Assembly: GCA_963826715.1 (NCBI GenBank)
Contig: CAWGYA010000002.1
Location: forward strand, 128,001-192,000
Direction of reading: 5' to 3'
DNA: 64,000 nt
Source of the DNA: Candidatus Bathyarchaeota archaeon
GTDB taxonomy: Archaea; Thermoproteota; Bathyarchaeia; Bathyarchaeales; Bathycorpusculaceae
Shown: positions 10,579-20,209 of the stretch, piece after piece
Layout: each line of letters begins with the position of its first letter
How positions within the stretch are numbered: position 1 is the first letter of the stretch
Notes under the pieces: generated by a model
The model's database searches: none
Seen by the model: the letters and a program-made list of their open reading frames with translations, nothing else
What the model was told of the DNA's origin: nothing
Translations under genes and position numbers: made by a program

Positions 10579-11012
10579 CTTTTAAATGCTTTGCAAATAA
10601 CCGATATACAATAAGTCAAAAAAATTAAATACGATTCAGTTTCACGTAAACACACGTGAAAAATACAAAACGAGCTCCTTTCAACCTCAACAGATAAATT
10701 TCCAAAAAGCGTCAAAGACTATATGCAAGTATAAAACTGTTTTAAGCACATTTCAAAAATTGAACCACTTTAAATTAGAGAATCCTCGTCCCACTAAACT
10801 GATTTCGATGTTTGATTTAGGTTAGATAACAACCACGGTTGGGATGTTTCATTCTTCTTTCCGCCAATTTTTTTCAAAAGAAGGTGACTTCTTATCAATA
10901 TTTGTGCATATAAGTTTGATACCAGTATCTCAAATGTACCAGGTTTACATTAATAACGCGGAAATATACATTTGAGAAAATTATAAATATAAAATTAAGG
11001 AATGTAGGGAGT

Positions 11013-11639
11013 ATGAAAATAAGACAATCGTATATAGCAATCATCGCGTTAGCGCTATTGATTGGCGCCAGTTTATTTTCTTCCGCTCAAAGCCAAGCTA
11101 TTAATGAACCTCAATCAATACAAGTTACTCTTAACACTCCAGTAACAAACGCAACCATAACTGACAATTTCAACGTAACATTTACGTTTACACCAATAAT
11201 TTCAGGTAATGATACACTCAAACTTGCATTATTAAAAATTGATGATAAAGTTATAACCACAGCCACCAACAAAACTAACTTAGTGACCAATATAACTAAC
11301 GTAATCGAGTACACTTTTACACAAAATGGAACCTACCTATGGAATATACAGTTACAAAACAGCACGGGCTTTGTTTATGCTGCTGAGCCCTTCAACATAA
11401 CCATTTCAATATATACTCCAGAGCCTACTCCAACACCTTCGCCCACTCCATTACCTGTAACACCCACTCCTGCACCTGTAACACCGTCTCCAACTTTAAT
11501 GCCAACGCTTACTCCAACGCCTACTCCAACACCTGAGTTTGAACCAGGCATAGACACTTGGACAATCGTTATTATAGCTGTTATAGCAATAATTGCTATC
11601 GGCGCAGCTGTATTGTTATTTCTTGGGCGAAAAAAGTAA
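11013..11639 (+). CDS. Secreted/surface protein with Pro-Thr linker and C-terminal TM anchor
   Basis: Signal peptide, many NxT sequons, (PT)n repeat, TM + GRKK. Confidence 0.85.
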   Translation: MKIRQSYIAIIALALLIGASLFSSAQSQAINEPQSIQVTLNTPVTNATITDNFNVTFTFTPIISGNDTLKLALLKIDDKVITTATNKTNLVTNITNVIEYTFTQNGTYLWNIQLQNSTGFVYAAEPFNITISIYTPEPTPTPSPTPLPVTPTPAPVTPSPTLMPTLTPTPTPTPEFEPGIDTWTIVIIAVIAIIAIGAAVLLFLGRKK

Positions 11640-11666
11640 AGCGTTCCTTTTTTTATTTTTTTAAAA

Positions 11667-11954
11667 TTAGTGAGAAATCCACACGCACTTGATGGCTTTA
11701 GAGGAGCAGACTAAAACGCATGGATTCTGACCTGTTTCGGGTTTACAACAGGCGCATGTGTATCTTATTTTTTTGCGATTCTCGTCCTTGATTGAGGCAA
11801 CTGTTTTATCTTCTAAATCAATAAATTCCGTTTCAAGCGATAGTGCATTTTGAGGGCAGATTTGAACACATTTACCACACCCACTACATTTGTCGGAGTC
11901 TATAATAATGTAGTATTCACCTGACCCATCAGTGTAGCCATAATGCGTTATCAT
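11667..11954 (-). CDS. 4Fe-4S ferredoxin (type associated with bzd benzoyl-CoA reductase clusters)
   Basis: YGYTDGSGEYYIIIDSDKCSGCGKCVQICP plus a C-terminal Cys cluster; last gene of the activase operon. Confidence 0.85.
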   Translation of the reverse strand: MITHYGYTDGSGEYYIIIDSDKCSGCGKCVQICPQNALSLETEFIDLEDKTVASIKDENRKKIRYTCACCKPETGQNPCVLVCSSKAIKCVWISH

Positions 11955-11963
11955 GTCTATTCA

Positions 11964-12860
11964 CTAAGTTTTTTGTTCCTTCTCATAAAGTGCTTTAGCA
12001 AAGGATGCAGCCCCCAAAGCGCCTGCAACCATCGGGTCTAAGCCGCCCTCTCTCCAAAGCGGCATGGGCAGACACTTAACGCCTAAAATAGCCTCAATTC
12101 GACTAACAATACCAATGTTCTTTGATTGCCCGCCGGTAACCACAAGTTCTGGTTCTAAACCGACGCGATTTATGAGGTTAGCCATGCGCACAGCCATTGC
12201 ACGTGTGTATGCTGCCAATACCTTCTCTTTAGACCAGCCCTTACGAAGAAGCCCCATGGCCTCGGTTTTTGCAAAAGATACACAGGTGCAACTTACAGGC
12301 TCTGGTTCCTTCTCCACCTTCAAGGATATGTCACCAATTTCTTCAATAGGAATCTGCAAAAGATCTGCAAAAACCTCCATGCCTCTTCCAGTGCCTGCTG
12401 CGCATTTATCGTTCATCAAAAAGGAGACAACTCTGCCAGTTTCATCGATTTTAATTGCCTTGATGTCCTGTCCGCCTACGTCTAAAACTGTTCGAACCTT
12501 GGGTCCCCAGATGTAATTTGCTCCCCTAGCATGGCATGCGATTTCAGTTATGGCTTTGTTTGCCATAGGGACGTTGACTCGCCCGTAACCTGTACCTACA
12601 ATGAACTTTATGTCACCAACGGGCATTCCAGTATCTTTTAGAGCAAAAGCAAGGGCTTTTGTGGCGCTTTCTGGGCTGTTGCTACCAGTGCGGGTAATTC
12701 CCCAACTGAAGGCTTGCCCATTTACCATAACTGCAGCTTTGGAGCCCACTGACCCCACATCTACGCCAGCGGTTATAATGTCTTTGCTACTCCACTTAAT
12801 ATTGGGCATTATTCGGTGATATTCTTGCCAACGCCAGAACTCATCTTTAATTGCGCTCAC
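11964..12860 (-). CDS. bzdQ: ATP-dependent reductase activase, BzdQ-like (BadF/BadG/BcrA/BcrD family)
   Basis: EFWRW N-terminus, GVDVGS, GTGYGR, TEIACHARGA, LDVGGQDIK, MNDKCAAGTGR. Confidence 0.8.
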   Translation of the reverse strand: MSAIKDEFWRWQEYHRIMPNIKWSSKDIITAGVDVGSVGSKAAVMVNGQAFSWGITRTGSNSPESATKALAFALKDTGMPVGDIKFIVGTGYGRVNVPMANKAITEIACHARGANYIWGPKVRTVLDVGGQDIKAIKIDETGRVVSFLMNDKCAAGTGRGMEVFADLLQIPIEEIGDISLKVEKEPEPVSCTCVSFAKTEAMGLLRKGWSKEKVLAAYTRAMAVRMANLINRVGLEPELVVTGGQSKNIGIVSRIEAILGVKCLPMPLWREGGLDPMVAGALGAASFAKALYEKEQKT

Positions 12861-13642
12861 TTAGATACCTCCTTAAACCGTGTTGCGGCAATCAATCCAG
12901 CGCCCAGTGCTCCGACATAATCGGGATACTCTGGAAGCTGCACAGTCAAACCAAGTTTTCGATTAAGAGAAGCCACAAATCCCACGTCTTTAGCAACACC
13001 ACCCACCAATACCACCTCAAGGTTTACGCCGAGTCGATGAATCATCGAGGATACACGATCAGCCATCGCATCAAAAACTGCACGAGCAATTTCAGGTTTT
13101 GATTCTTGGCGGTGAATAAGCGAAACAACGTCGGATTCGCCAAAAATGACGCAGGAAGCATTAATGGGGCTTGCGCGTTCAGCTTTTAATGACAGTGGTC
13201 CCATATCTTCAAGCTTGACTTCAAGAGCTCTTGCCATAGCTTCGATGAAGGCTCCTGAACCCGCAGCACAACGCTCGTTTACAACGAAATCAACCATGAT
13301 ACCTCGGTCGTCACATTTTATCGCGCGTGCCTCTTCTGCTCCGACGTCGATGATTGTTCGGGCGTTAGGCAAAAGGTAGACAACTGCTTTAGCGTCCGCA
13401 CCCATCATGCTAACTGTACTATTGCTATATGGCGCCATATCCGCAGCGGATCCCGTGGATGAAAAATGTTTTACGTCCGAGAGTTCCAGATTTGCGGCTT
13501 TTAGGGCTTCGCCGACGGCTTGTTCAGTGGTTTTGGTGGGATCAAACCCTGCGAAGGTCTGAGATCTTCCAACGACTTTGCCGTCAGCTAAAACTACAAC
13601 TTTAATGCGCTGTGTGCCAAGATCCATTCCAACAGTTATCAT
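12857..13642 (-). CDS. Second activase ATPase subunit (BzdP/HgdC-like)
   Basis: GMDLGT, IDVGAEEAR, VNERCAAGSGAF, NASCVIFGESDVVSL, GGVAKD, GALGAGL. Confidence 0.85.
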   Translation of the reverse strand: MITVGMDLGTQRIKVVVLADGKVVGRSQTFAGFDPTKTTEQAVGEALKAANLELSDVKHFSSTGSAADMAPYSNSTVSMMGADAKAVVYLLPNARTIIDVGAEEARAIKCDDRGIMVDFVVNERCAAGSGAFIEAMARALEVKLEDMGPLSLKAERASPINASCVIFGESDVVSLIHRQESKPEIARAVFDAMADRVSSMIHRLGVNLEVVLVGGVAKDVGFVASLNRKLGLTVQLPEYPDYVGALGAGLIAATRFKEVSK

Positions 13643-13654
13643 TTATTCATTCAC

Positions 13655-14986
13655 CTATATGTCGACTCTTGCAGTTAACATTTCGAGGAAAGCTTCCACG
13701 CGAGTTTTCATCTGACCTACGTCTTCTCTAGTGTATTCTGTATCCAAATAGTAGACTGGAACATTAATTTTGTCCAATGCCTTCTTAACGCGGGTGTACT
13801 CCATGGCATACAGCATGCATCCACGGACCACGTAATAGATTACGCCTTGTACATTCCAATCTTTAACTTTGTTTAACAACCAATTGATACGATCTTCGTT
13901 TCCATCTTTGCTTGTAAAACAAGGACATGTTGAAGCCATTAAGTAACGATCACTGATTGCCTTTAGCATGTCATCCATTGACCATTCGTCTACGCCAACA
14001 GGGTCGTTTAAAATACGCTCGCCGCTGCACTGCTCGTCCGCGACGATGATGCCTTGTGGGTTAGATTCTTCAACGAGAGTAGGAAGTTTCCAGTTGTCAG
14101 GCCAAAACATTGGGGTTCCGGTTACCATCACACGGGGTGTATCAGGACTACATACCCAATCTTTAGCCTGGACCCTTGTCTCTAGTTCATCACAAAGCGC
14201 CTCAGTTTTCTCTGTCCAGCGTTTCTTATCGTCCCAACTATATGACTGATTAACAAGCATGGCATCTCTTCCCATGATTACGGGGTTTCCTTTACGGAGA
14301 TCTTGAAGACGGCGAAAAGCTTTGGTTGCGCGGTGGCTGATTTCGATGGCCTCTTTTAGGTTTTTGCGTGTGATTTTGTTACCTGTAAACGCTTCAATCT
14401 GTGTTTTCATGTTTTTTATTTCATCATTCCAGAATCGCAAAGAATGCGCTGAATCTTTTATTCGTGGGACATTCATTCCCCAGACAACTTTTTGATCGCT
14501 AAGAATTTCGCTCAATTTAGTCATTCCGTCGCAGGTCAAAACGCTAATTAAGGCGTCACTTTGCTCAAGAAACGGTGAAAGTTCGATCATTTGTGCACCT
14601 ATTGTTGAGCGGAGAACTGGACAAACCTCTACTGGCACCACGCGGTCACCCAGCTTTGAGGTGTCATACCAACCGGAATTAACACGCAACGGGATAGCAC
14701 CAGCGGCCATAATTAATTCAGTAGGCGCGAAGAGGCAAAGGTATCCAATAACTTTTTTGCCTTTTTCTTTCTCGGCTTGAATTTCGGCTTGGCGCTGCCC
14801 AAAAAGGTTTGATAAGTCATCAAAGTACTTCATAGAAACTGGACGATGGGGGTCAGCTTTCTTCATTCGTTCGATATTGTCAGCTATTATTTTTTGGGAT
14901 GCTGCCTTTATTGTGTTTTTGAGTTCATCCTTTTCTTTTTGAGATATTTCAGGCATATATTTTCGTTCATTGGGTTCAGTTTTCAT
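13655..14986 (-). CDS. 2-hydroxyacyl-CoA dehydratase family / double-cubane-cluster-type anaerobic reductase
   Basis: VIGYLCLFAPTELIMAAGA, VCPV, TCDG, PRVMVTGTP, EQCSGER, TCPCF, GCMLY, DTEY...GQMKTRVEAFLEML; ATG at 14986 overlaps the upstream stop. Confidence 0.85.
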   Translation of the reverse strand: MKTEPNERKYMPEISQKEKDELKNTIKAASQKIIADNIERMKKADPHRPVSMKYFDDLSNLFGQRQAEIQAEKEKGKKVIGYLCLFAPTELIMAAGAIPLRVNSGWYDTSKLGDRVVPVEVCPVLRSTIGAQMIELSPFLEQSDALISVLTCDGMTKLSEILSDQKVVWGMNVPRIKDSAHSLRFWNDEIKNMKTQIEAFTGNKITRKNLKEAIEISHRATKAFRRLQDLRKGNPVIMGRDAMLVNQSYSWDDKKRWTEKTEALCDELETRVQAKDWVCSPDTPRVMVTGTPMFWPDNWKLPTLVEESNPQGIIVADEQCSGERILNDPVGVDEWSMDDMLKAISDRYLMASTCPCFTSKDGNEDRINWLLNKVKDWNVQGVIYYVVRGCMLYAMEYTRVKKALDKINVPVYYLDTEYTREDVGQMKTRVEAFLEMLTARVDI

Positions 14987-15977
14987 GTTTCTCACTCACT
15001 TTGGGGGGCTCTAACCAATTCCTTGACTCAAACAGGGTTTTTTTGCCCAACTTTATTTCTAATGCATCTTCATAGGGACACATTTCAACACATCGAACAC
15101 AGATCATACATTGGGAAGTTCCGATTTTCCCACCTTTCTGCTCGTACACCTCATTAACCTGAACGGGACAAACGCGTTTACATACGCCACATTTGGTGCA
15201 TTTTTCTTCGTTCTTGTTAACATAAAGCAGCGGGACTCTTTTAAAATATTTAAATCTGTTAACAGCGGCGATTGAGGCACCAGTGGGGCAGAAACGGCAC
15301 CAAACGCGTCTAATAGCAAAGCCCCCAATCAAAGTCAATGCCACGAAAACAACAGATATTATCTGTCCAAGTTGAGTTCCAGCAAACATTATGATATTCT
15401 GCGTGTAGGGATAACTAAAATACATTCCCCCAAGACCCAATGGAGCTGTTGTCCAAGACACAATAGGGGTAATCATGGGGTCAATCAAAAAAGCATAAGC
15501 GCGGAAAGGTCCAGCTAGAACCTGCACCATAACAATCGCATAAGTCAGATTTTGAGGAGGCTCCAAAATCCAAAGAATAATTGGTAAAAAGAGGAGGAAA
15601 AAAAGCAATATAACATATCTTGATTTGTGAAGAGCAATATTGAGTTTATCAGGAACAAGGCGATGCCCTTTTTTGAGAACTTTCCTTACAAAAATCTCTA
15701 AATCCATTATTAAGCCGAAAGGACAAAGCCAACCACAAAAGAAACGACCCAAAAACAATGTTAATCCAAAAAGAGCAATAACAACATAAAGCAAAGGTAC
15801 CGCATATGAAAATAAGTAGAAAATAGCTGCTGCCGACATTAATTGAACAATAAGCCGAACATAGGTCACTCGCATAGCGAGATTTGTTTTCCAGATAAGA
15901 ACCGCAAGTATTCCTGCTGCACCAAGCCCAGCTAGCACCGTAAGTCTCAACACATCCCCGACTATTTGAAACGACAT
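14976..15977 (-). CDS. Membrane 4Fe-4S-binding protein (NapH/MauN/RdxA family)
   Basis: GRFFCGWLCPFG and RVWCRFCPTG motifs, several TMs, two CxxCxxCxxxCP clusters. Confidence 0.9.
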   Translation of the reverse strand: MSFQIVGDVLRLTVLAGLGAAGILAVLIWKTNLAMRVTYVRLIVQLMSAAAIFYLFSYAVPLLYVVIALFGLTLFLGRFFCGWLCPFGLIMDLEIFVRKVLKKGHRLVPDKLNIALHKSRYVILLFFLLFLPIILWILEPPQNLTYAIVMVQVLAGPFRAYAFLIDPMITPIVSWTTAPLGLGGMYFSYPYTQNIIMFAGTQLGQIISVVFVALTLIGGFAIRRVWCRFCPTGASIAAVNRFKYFKRVPLLYVNKNEEKCTKCGVCKRVCPVQVNEVYEQKGGKIGTSQCMICVRCVEMCPYEDALEIKLGKKTLFESRNWLEPPKVSEKHEN

Positions 15978-15987
15978 TTTCTCCCCT

Positions 15988-16689
15988 CTATGTTAACTGA
16001 ATCCCTGAATTTAACATTGTAAATAAGCCAAGAGCAATCAATACTCCTCCGCCAGTAAGAGATATCCATCTTCTGAACAGGGGTGCTTTGTTGAGCAACC
16101 ACCCAGTAACTCCGCCTAAAAGCAGCATTGGTGAAAGAGCTGTTCCCAATCCAAAGAGCACAGCTATACTCACGCTACCAAGCGGACTCGCAAACGGTAA
16201 GGAATAAACAAGTAGCGCGATTAGGGGAGGACAAACGATTAAGCCTCGGGTCAAACCAAGTGAAAAAGCACCAAAATTCACACCGAAACGCCCCCTTCCA
16301 CGGTTACCTAATGTTAAAGCAGTAGCTTTACCAGGACAATCACAATTTTTTCTGGCTTTAAATATTACCATCACACCGATAATAATTGTAACTGCGCCAA
16401 AACCAATGGAGGAGTAAACTTGAAAGGGCGAAATCGTCGCATCTGAAATAAAAAACCGCAATAGTCCGCTGAATAATCCGATTAAACCCCCAATTAAGGT
16501 GTAGGCTAAAACTCTGCCAGAGTTGAAGATCATAGTAATTTTTACACTTTTTGCAAAACCTGCGCCGACACCTGCAATGTACCCAGCTACAACGGGCAAG
16601 CATGAAGCGGTGCATACCGCTAAACCATATAACAATCCTCCTGCAAACGCCCCAACATATGGATTGGTGATTTCAGGTATCAACGACAT
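15988..16689 (-). CDS. DsbD/CcdA-like (TauE/SafE-annotated) membrane protein
   Basis: About 6 TM; CTASCLP and GLIVCPPL Cys motifs; FNSGRVLAYTLIG. Confidence 0.8.
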   Translation of the reverse strand: MSLIPEITNPYVGAFAGGLLYGLAVCTASCLPVVAGYIAGVGAGFAKSVKITMIFNSGRVLAYTLIGGLIGLFSGLLRFFISDATISPFQVYSSIGFGAVTIIIGVMVIFKARKNCDCPGKATALTLGNRGRGRFGVNFGAFSLGLTRGLIVCPPLIALLVYSLPFASPLGSVSIAVLFGLGTALSPMLLLGGVTGWLLNKAPLFRRWISLTGGGVLIALGLFTMLNSGIQLT

Positions 16690-16803
16690 GCGGATGTTCT
16701 CGTCGAAGGTTTAATACAGCATAATGGATTGAAAGCCATTTAAATCTTACATATACCAACGCATTTAAGCCAGTTTGGATTTTTGAGCTAAAAAAAGAAA
16801 AAG

Positions 16804-19020
16804 TTAGTTGATTATGCGTGTATTATATTCCTGGATATAGGCCAAGTGTAAAGCATCGAACGGGTAAGTTTCAGCGTTTGTATATGGAAAGCCAGTCATG
16901 TTAAGGAACGGAAGAGGATTTACAGTGAAGTCAAAGCCGTAGCCCCATTCACCTAATGGATCCTTAAACCAACATGCAACAACGAAGAAGTAATCCCGAA
17001 CCATGCCCTCTGCGGGTGGAGATAGGTTATCAGTTGAGAATCCCATGTTAACTTGGTCACCTTGTCGTCCAATCACGTACATGTCGTCGGTTTCCTGAAT
17101 TAAAGGAGTCACATCACCATAACGTGTAAAAGCTCCTGTAGAGACCGAGTTGGTTTCCCACCACTGGCTCATCGTTGCATAGGAGGGTTTTATCGTCGAG
17201 ATTATTGTGCTCTGTTGAGAGGTTGTGTCTATTCCAATGTAGTCGAAGGTTACATTCCAGAAATTAGTTAGCCTGACCTTAAAGTCAGAAACATCTGGGG
17301 GAAACATTCCTGTTAAATCAACGGTGAATGTTCGTGCATTGTAGTCAGAGGGGAGAGGTATTTGTCGGTCCTGAGGTGCGCGTATCCAGGTTCCATTAGC
17401 AGTCATCAATTCCATGTATGGCGCTGGCATAATTGATGTACCATCGGGAACAAGCCCCTGGGCTGCAGCGGTCTTAAACATATCAAGGTAATCGTAGTAT
17501 GTGCTTGCTAACCCCCAGTCCACCATACCTGTTATAACTAGTTTTACACCAGAGGCATTAGAAAGATCACCTAAATCAAGGGTTAACTGGTTTAACTTGA
17601 TATTATTCCATGAAGTGCTTTCCGTACCACTAATTCCCGGAGAGAATACCCCATCTTTAGTGAGGATTTGCTCTAAGACATTTTCTCCCTTCTCATTTGT
17701 TGCGCTAATAGGAGAAAGTAATCCCCCGGCAGTCACCGTATAAATCTGTCCTGTTGAGCCCTTATTGAGATAATTAGTCATTGAAGTGTATACATCGGTA
17801 CCTATGGGGTGATCAACCACAAGCAGATACGCCGAATCCAAATAGTAAAGTTCATCCCATTGTTGAGATAGAGTCAAGTCGAACATACCATTTTTGGAAG
17901 CTAATAAAGTATTATCCAGTTTGACATAGTCATAGGGGTTTCCTCCACCGAAAACGATGTTTCCGTCATGGTTAATGTAGCTAATGTAACCAAGCCACCC
18001 AGGGTTTGAAACATCGGTAACATAGCTATAGCCTGTACCGTTCCAAACGTAGAGAGAGGGACAAGAGGCATAGCCGCTGATGACAGTATAGGTGCAGATT
18101 AAAGCCATTTTGTCACTAAGCGTAAAGGTTCTCGATGGGTTTTTTATGCCATCGCTCCAATAAGAGAATTCGAGTACACCTGTCCCCACGTTAAAGGGTG
18201 AAGGAACAGAAACACTATATTCTCCAACGGGCATTAACTGGTTAAAAGGAGTATTTTGAGTCTCACCATTAAGGGTAATTGGTAGAGTTTTAGAGCCCCC
18301 ACCCGAGCGGTTAATGATAAGCGTATGGTAACCAGTCTTAACAACGCTATATGATCCACTTAATGTGTTCAATTTAACTGGATGTCTCCCTTCTGTGGTT
18401 GCATTAAACACGATTGCAACAGTTTTGCTTTCACCTGCCTCTAAGTTTACCGTTTGAGTGCCCAGAAAAGTGTCATCAACAAATAGTCTAATCAATAACT
18501 TGTCAGATTCAGTAGTTGGATTATAGGCAGTAGCGGTTGCTGTTACATTATTACCAGTCCAAGCTTCAATCGGAGAAATTTTTAGGTCAGAAAGCACTAT
18601 TTTACTTGCATCAGGCGGGGGAGTTTTTACGGTGAAAGAAGAAGTCAAATTCTCCACCATAACATTATAAATACCTTCCATGAATTCAAGGTCGGCAAAC
18701 TCTATGGTCTGATTTGTATGACCTGCTATAGTTATATTTTGAGAGTTTTTGATTTCTTCGTTTATGTAAAATTCTATTGTTTTATTACCTTCTAAATCGC
18801 CGTAGTTAGTTAGATTCACTGATAGTTGCACACCTTCCCCAGCGTAAACTTCAGGAGGGTCAATAGTTAAATCGGTTACCAGAAAAGCAGCAGGTTTCTC
18901 AGCTCCTGCTATGAACCCTTGATCCTGCAGATAAAAGTAGGCACCTGCAGCCGCAGCTATAATTATTAAGTCAATGATCAAAATTGCTTTAAGTTTTACA
19001 ATTGCTGAACTTGACAGCAT
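16804..19020 (-). CDS. Large membrane-anchored extracellular protein with CARDB-like Ig domains
   Basis: N-terminal TM; CARDB-like repeats (DLTIDPPEVYAGEGVQLSVNLTNYG); C-terminal domain from SCPSLYVWNG to TRYGDV...WFKD...PLPF...EYNTR. Confidence 0.85.
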   Translation of the reverse strand: MLSSSAIVKLKAILIIDLIIIAAAAGAYFYLQDQGFIAGAEKPAAFLVTDLTIDPPEVYAGEGVQLSVNLTNYGDLEGNKTIEFYINEEIKNSQNITIAGHTNQTIEFADLEFMEGIYNVMVENLTSSFTVKTPPPDASKIVLSDLKISPIEAWTGNNVTATATAYNPTTESDKLLIRLFVDDTFLGTQTVNLEAGESKTVAIVFNATTEGRHPVKLNTLSGSYSVVKTGYHTLIINRSGGGSKTLPITLNGETQNTPFNQLMPVGEYSVSVPSPFNVGTGVLEFSYWSDGIKNPSRTFTLSDKMALICTYTVISGYASCPSLYVWNGTGYSYVTDVSNPGWLGYISYINHDGNIVFGGGNPYDYVKLDNTLLASKNGMFDLTLSQQWDELYYLDSAYLLVVDHPIGTDVYTSMTNYLNKGSTGQIYTVTAGGLLSPISATNEKGENVLEQILTKDGVFSPGISGTESTSWNNIKLNQLTLDLGDLSNASGVKLVITGMVDWGLASTYYDYLDMFKTAAAQGLVPDGTSIMPAPYMELMTANGTWIRAPQDRQIPLPSDYNARTFTVDLTGMFPPDVSDFKVRLTNFWNVTFDYIGIDTTSQQSTIISTIKPSYATMSQWWETNSVSTGAFTRYGDVTPLIQETDDMYVIGRQGDQVNMGFSTDNLSPPAEGMVRDYFFVVACWFKDPLGEWGYGFDFTVNPLPFLNMTGFPYTNAETYPFDALHLAYIQEYNTRIIN

Positions 19021-19302
19021 ACTCCAACACCAATACTCGGCTGAGTGTAAAATAACACGTTGACAATTAAAGCTTTATGTGATTTCATTTTTTGAGAGCC
19101 AAGATTAAAAGGGGCAGTTTCAAAAAGATTGGAAGTTCAATGGTATTCATATTAAGAAGAAAAGCGAAACATCAATTTCCGTTTAATGTTTAATCGATTA
19201 AGACAAAAGAAGAAGCAACCCCCCACCACACTTCTTCTTCTTTTAAAAGAGAAAGGGGAAAACATTCAATTTTCTTTGGGCAACAAAAAATGCACTAACA
19301 GA

Positions 19303-19986
19303 TTACGGTGAATTATAGAAATAGGGGTTTTCAACTAGGTTTGCCATGGCATATCTCTCAGCTAACACTTCATCTACCCACGAAATATTTTTCTTCATCC
19401 GCTTGACTTCTAAAAAAATTCCCCGTTTCAGCTGTTCCTGCGATATTTTTGTTTCTGGACTAGGAAAACCTATTGACATCATTTTTAGCGGGTCAAGATG
19501 AGTTCTAATCGAGACATTCTTGTACCAGTTTTCCGCAGCATTTCTAGGTTTAGCTTTTGCCCAGGCTATCTTTTCATGCTGAATCTCTTCTTCGAATTCA
19601 GGGAAGTCGGGAGAATTTTCATCAAAGATATGACCTAATTCATGTCGGATAATCAGTTTTGTTGTATCGGTTAATTTTCCAGCGTCAATATCACGTTTGG
19701 CAGCTATCTTAATGTGCTGTTCGGTAGCTTCTGATACCCCACCAGAATCATAATTCTCAACCGCAATTATTTGAATGGTTTCGAGAACCTCTACTGCTTT
19801 TTCTTTGCCGTATTGGCTTGTAAGAAAAGCCTCCACATATTCTTTCATCTGTTTTTCTATCTGCTTGATAGTTGAACCCAAGAGCCTTCTCCTCGCTTCT
19901 TGAGTCAAAATACGGCAGATTTGATTTAATACCTTGTTTCGATAGTTGTAATATTTCCAAAATCGGAATATCTTCAATCTGCCCAA
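19303..19986 (-). CDS. Hypothetical protein with HExxH zinc-metallopeptidase-like motif
   Basis: IIRHELGHIF followed by HEKIAW; start codon uncertain. Confidence 0.65.
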   Translation of the reverse strand: MGRLKIFRFWKYYNYRNKVLNQICRILTQEARRRLLGSTIKQIEKQMKEYVEAFLTSQYGKEKAVEVLETIQIIAVENYDSGGVSEATEQHIKIAAKRDIDAGKLTDTTKLIIRHELGHIFDENSPDFPEFEEEIQHEKIAWAKAKPRNAAENWYKNVSIRTHLDPLKMMSIGFPSPETKISQEQLKRGIFLEVKRMKKNISWVDEVLAERYAMANLVENPYFYNSP

Positions 19987-20209
19987 GTGGGGGGAACAAT
20001 ATCTGACAGGAAGATCACTGAGAAAGCAAGAAACTCTTTTTCACGTTATTTAAAGTCCAAATATAAAAAAAATAGGTACAAAGAGAATATCACTTAATTT
20101 ACTCAGGTAAAAAAAATGGTAGTAGAGACGCAGACTAGTACCTAACCTTTAAAAATAAACAACATTAAAAATCTTAAAAAAAATAAAAACAAAAGGAAAA
20201 AATAGACGC

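Noticed and set aside
11418-11535. Tandem CCN-ACN repeats
   Set aside because: Encode the Pro-Thr linker of a surface protein; not CRISPR or a DNA-level repeat element.
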